Source: Prorocentrum cordatum
Lineage: Eukaryota
Reading direction: 5' to 3'
Assembly (NCBI GenBank): GCA_963575745.1
Contig: CAUYUJ010000048.1
Span: forward strand, 310,001-374,000
DNA: 64,000 bases
In this document: positions 60,226 to 64,000 of the stretch, one piece after another
Position numbering within the stretch: the first letter of the stretch is position 1
Layout: each line of letters starts with the position of its first letter
Position numbers and translations under genes: made by a program
Notes under the pieces: generated by a model
Seen by the model: only the letters and a program-made list of their open reading frames with translations
Told to the model about the DNA's origin: nothing
Databases searched by the model: none

Positions 60226-60877
60226 CGTTCCTCAGAGGAGGAAAAGGCACCCATACCTCTGCCCTCCCATCGTTCTCCCCTTTTTCGGGCCTCCTGGGCC
60301 TCCCTCGTCACCACCGCGGGATTCGCCTCGAAGTTCTGGTCCGAACGCACCCCGGGAGAGGTCCGGGGAGCTTGGTAGCGGTACACCTTCTGGCTTCCCC
60401 GCAGTTCCAGTATCTCCAGGGCCAGCTGCCGTCCCAAATCAGGGGCATACAAAAACGCCCCTACCCTGGTTTACGAGGCGCTGTGCGCTAAAACCCCTGT
60501 GGGTTGACAGGGTCATCCCTGCGTGATGTGCCGCGTCCTGGCGGCTCTAGGCTTTGCGGGCTCCCAGGAGGTTTACAGACCGCGCGCTTGCAACCCAGGG
60601 CAGGGCCGTTTTGTTGATCCTTCAACCACAAAAGCTGCAGAGGCGAGGGCCAGCAGGCACTCTCCATGGAGATCCTGCAGTGCGTGTCCTGGGCCGACGC
60701 CCCCGCCCGACTCGCGAGCGAGGGGAGCCCCGCGGGGGCGAGGGGCCCCGCGGGGAGGTGCTCGCGGCCGCTCGCGGGCTCTCCCGGGGCGCCGCCCGCG
60801 CCCCGGGGAGCGCCGAGGAGCGGGCGCGAGTGAAGCGCACTGGGCCCTCGGGAGGAGTGCCCCCTGGGGGCCAGTTA

Positions 60878-61015
60878 CCCGCCTCGAACGTATCCCTACT
60901 CCAGATTTCGTAATAAAGGGAGTATCCCTAATATGGACACGCCAAAAGGCGATGACAATCTCAGGGATTCGCCCTGAAAAGCTAAGGGAATCCCTAAGAT
61001 TGGCAGCGTGATGAG
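60878..61015. mobile_element. Family M AT-rich element; reverse partial copy at 63945-64000
   Basis: agggaatccctaagattggcagcgtgatgag is the near reverse complement of ctcatcacgatgccaatcttagggattccct. Confidence 0.6.
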
Positions 61016-62109
61016 AATGAAGCGCACTGGGCCCTGGCATCGCTCGGACGTGTGCATATTTTTTCTCGGCGAGGACCATCGAGGAGCATCCTTGATCATT
61101 TTTGGCGAAGAAGCCACGCACGAAACCGAAACAAAAACACGGGGAATGGACGTCCGAGCGATGGCGAGGGGCCCGGGTGGGTGCCCCTGGGGGCCAGGAC
61201 CTCTCTCCGCGAGGGCCGTCTCGCCCACGCCAAGGTACGCTTAAGTCGGGCATATCCCTCTGCAGGCACAGTCAAGAGTAGGTAAGAGAATGGTGTGGGG
61301 ACGAGTTTCTGTTCTCTTCGGGCTATGTTTTTATTTTTTGTTGGCCCCCTTTTTTATGATTGTTCCCAAACCCGCCTGTAGGAGGACATGCCCCATCTAA
61401 AGGTACGCGCTCCTGGAGCTCTTCCAGTCCCTGCCCGCCTACCACCTCGCGTACGGCGACCGGGCCCGCCCGATCCCCATCCGCCCCCAGCGGCGTGGTC
61501 TCTTTGCGTGGCCACCAGAGGCCGTCGGTCGGCGCTTCAGTGAGCTTCCACAGTCCACGCTGCTGCCACCTCCATCTCTGGATTCGGCGGCCACATGCGA
61601 AGCCTACCCCACCACCCCACTTCGCTCGGATGGTCCCGGACGAAGTGAACCCCGCCTCCCCCCTCAGAAATCGTGGGTTGGCGGGGTATATAGGGTCGAA
61701 TGTAGCCGCCTATGGATGCCGAGGGCGTACGGTATGGATAGAGCGCTTGGCTCCAGAGGTCAGATTATTAGATCACTGCCCCCACACTGCCCCTGGCCAG
61801 CCGAGGCGTCACCAGACGAATCGCCCAGAGGCGATAATTACAGCAATCAAAGGAGAGCGGTCTGGTCGGCTCACCTTGCCTCGGCGCGGCTTGCCTGGCC
61901 GCCCCCTGGTCTCTAGTGGTCGGCCGTCTGGCCTGGCTGCTCCCTTGCCTCCCCCTTCGCCCACTGGTGGGCGTGCCGACCACGGCGCACCCCCCCGTCC
62001 GACGCCTGGTGCCAAAGGCGAGCGTCTCACGGCGCCGCGACAGAAGCGCGACCCGCGTCCTCCGGGCCGCTCGGCTGCCCGCACGACGAGGCTGTGCGAG
62101 AGGGGCGGC

Positions 62110-62632
62110 TCCTCAGAGGGCGGGGGGCCTCTCAGAAAGGCACGGGGGGCCTCTGACTGCGAAGGCTTCGGAGCAGTCTTGGCTGGCAGGAGGAGCTTCC
62201 CCGCAGAAGCACCCGCGGCCTTCTCGGGAGGCGGGGGGCCTCTCAGAAAGGCACAGGGGGCCTCTGACTGCGAAGGCTTCGTAGCAGTCTTGGCTGACAG
62301 GAGGAGCTCCCCCGCAGAATGCCCCCGCGGCCTTCTCAGGAGGCGGGGGGCCTCTCGGAAAGGCACAGGGGGCCTCTGACTGCGGAGGCTTCGCAGCAGT
62401 CTTACAGTCGGGGCGCTGAGGAAGGAACCATTCTCGTTGGGGAGGGGCTCGGTGTTCCTTAGTCGTTTTGCAGTTCGCCTTTGGTTTTGCTTAGGGCTTC
62501 GATGGGACATCGAAGTTACACTTATTGGAAAAAGGGGCCTCGTTCCTTCTTTAGGGCTCCTTGGGTCCACGCCCCGACTGTAGCTGACAGGAGGAGCTCC
62601 CCCGCAGAAGCCCCCGCGGCCCTCTCGGGAGG
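62110..62632. repeat. ~111-bp tandem repeat, 3 copies, the third interrupted by family G
   Basis: ggggggcctctc.gaaaggcac.gggggcctctgactgcg occurs at ~62122, 62233 and 62345. Confidence 0.9.
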
Positions 62633-64000
62633 CCGGCCCCTTTGTTGTGCGCGCCGCCAGCTCTCTTCGGGCATGCGCCCGATCTCCCGGGCCGACCCGA
62701 TCTGCCGCGCGCCGCTGGCTGCGGCCCCGCCGCAGGGCGCTTCTTCCTGGGCATGCGCGCGGGCGCCTCGGGCGCTGGGGGGTGCCAGGAAAACCAGCTG
62801 CGCAGGCCACTTCTCAGGAGGGGGAACAGAAAAACACAGACACAATGAATCGTCGATTCCCCAGAAAAGATTGGAACATGTGGGAAGTGGGGGGGGGAAG
62901 ACAAAAACCAAGAAAATATGGGAAAATATGGGGAATATGTTTATGTGTGTGTATTTATGTGTGTGTCCCAGGGCCCCTTCAAATTCGCTATCCCCCCCTT
63001 TGCTGTTTCCCCCCTCCGTCCGACCCGAGTCCCCCCAGATGTTCGTCCATCGTCCGCCACTGAGTGCCCCCGAGTGCACCCTTCTGGGGGGGGCCAGAGA
63101 TAGGGGGGCTGACATGGGGGGGTGGATGCATCGACCTCGAATGGTTGACACACCAGCGCTGCATCGACGATGTCAGGGCGACGTGCCGATGATGTGCAGG
63201 CGATGCCTGTGGCGGTCTGCATCCACGATGCGCGGGCGATGCATCGGCCACTCGACTAAGCATCGCCCGGACGTGTGCATTTTTCGTTCGGCGAGGACCA
63301 TCGAGGAGCATCCTTGATCATTTGGCGAAGAAGCCACGCACGAAACCAAAAAAGCACAGGGAATGGACGTCCGAGCGATGCCCAACCGAGCGAGGTCGCT
63401 GCCCACCCCGCCCGAATCGCTGCCCCTCGCGAGTGTGCGCCCTGGGAGGCTGCCCCCCCCCCTCCCTGGGTGTGTGCCTCGGGCAGCGCCTGCACGGAGC
63501 TGCTCGGCCCTCGGCCGAGCGGGAACGATGCCCTCGGCATCGCTCGGACGTGTGCATTTTTTTCACGGCGAGAACCATCGAGGAGCATCCTTGATCATTT
63601 GGCGAAGAAGCCACGCACGAAACCGACAAAAATCACAGGGAGTGGACGTCCGAGCGATGGCCAGGGCGGGGGGGAGGGGGGGGCGTGGGCACCCGTGTGG
63701 CGGGGGTGGGCGGAGCGAGGCCGCCGGCCATCGGCACCTGCTGCTATTTGTGTTCGGGCGCTGCCCTGCTGGCAACGGCTGGCGCCTCTGCAGCCTCACG
63801 AGAGGGGTCCCACCGCGCCTCGGGTTTCCAGTCGGGCACGTCCTGCGGAGGCGGCTCCTGGAAGGATCACGACAAACATGGCCAGAGCACATGCAGACAT
63901 GTTACCGGCCTGGAACATATCCCTATCCTTATGCTGGGCACCTCCTCATCACGATGCCAATCTTAGGGATTCCCTCATCTTTTGAGGGCGAACCCCTCAG

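Noticed and set aside
1..64000. tRNA/rRNA genes or an intact autonomous transposase or RT
   Set aside because: No recognisable motifs by eye; the hairpins seen are TIRs of dispersed elements. tRNAscan, Infernal and HMM searches were not run.

Overview
Eukaryotic, GC-rich, repeat-dense scaffold segment with two 100-N gaps. The organism is inferred to be a dinoflagellate from GC/GA splice donors, AG|G junctions, a spliced-leader-like relic, co-oriented genes and dinoflagellate-style PPR repeats. Most ORF-track entries are artefacts of microsatellites or GC-rich DNA. Real content: (1) large (GTA)n/(GTC)n, (GAG)n and (CA)n tracts, tandem arrays with 60/120, ~100, ~111, 137/411 and ~160 bp units, and an ~850-bp TTAGC/TTTAGC satellite; (2) intron-rich + strand genes reconstructed by hand: an unknown gene from 2507, a coiled-coil gene at 25888-31422, fragments of a long unknown gene at ~32.5-46.5 kb and an RRM gene at ~57.3-60.2 kb; (3) relics of a Pif1/Helitron-type helicase tail, a PPR array and a possible LINE ORF1; (4) 13 multi-copy families (labelled A-M here) plus many singletons of short non-coding elements, mostly with terminal inverted repeats (TIRs). 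Several elements form exact introns using target-site duplications (TSDs) that contain AG|GT or AG|GC, i.e. Introner geometry. Most notable: copies within most families are all co-oriented, and several insertions carry 45-80 bp flanking duplications. No CRISPR, rRNA or tRNA was found. Splice models are predictions without transcript data.
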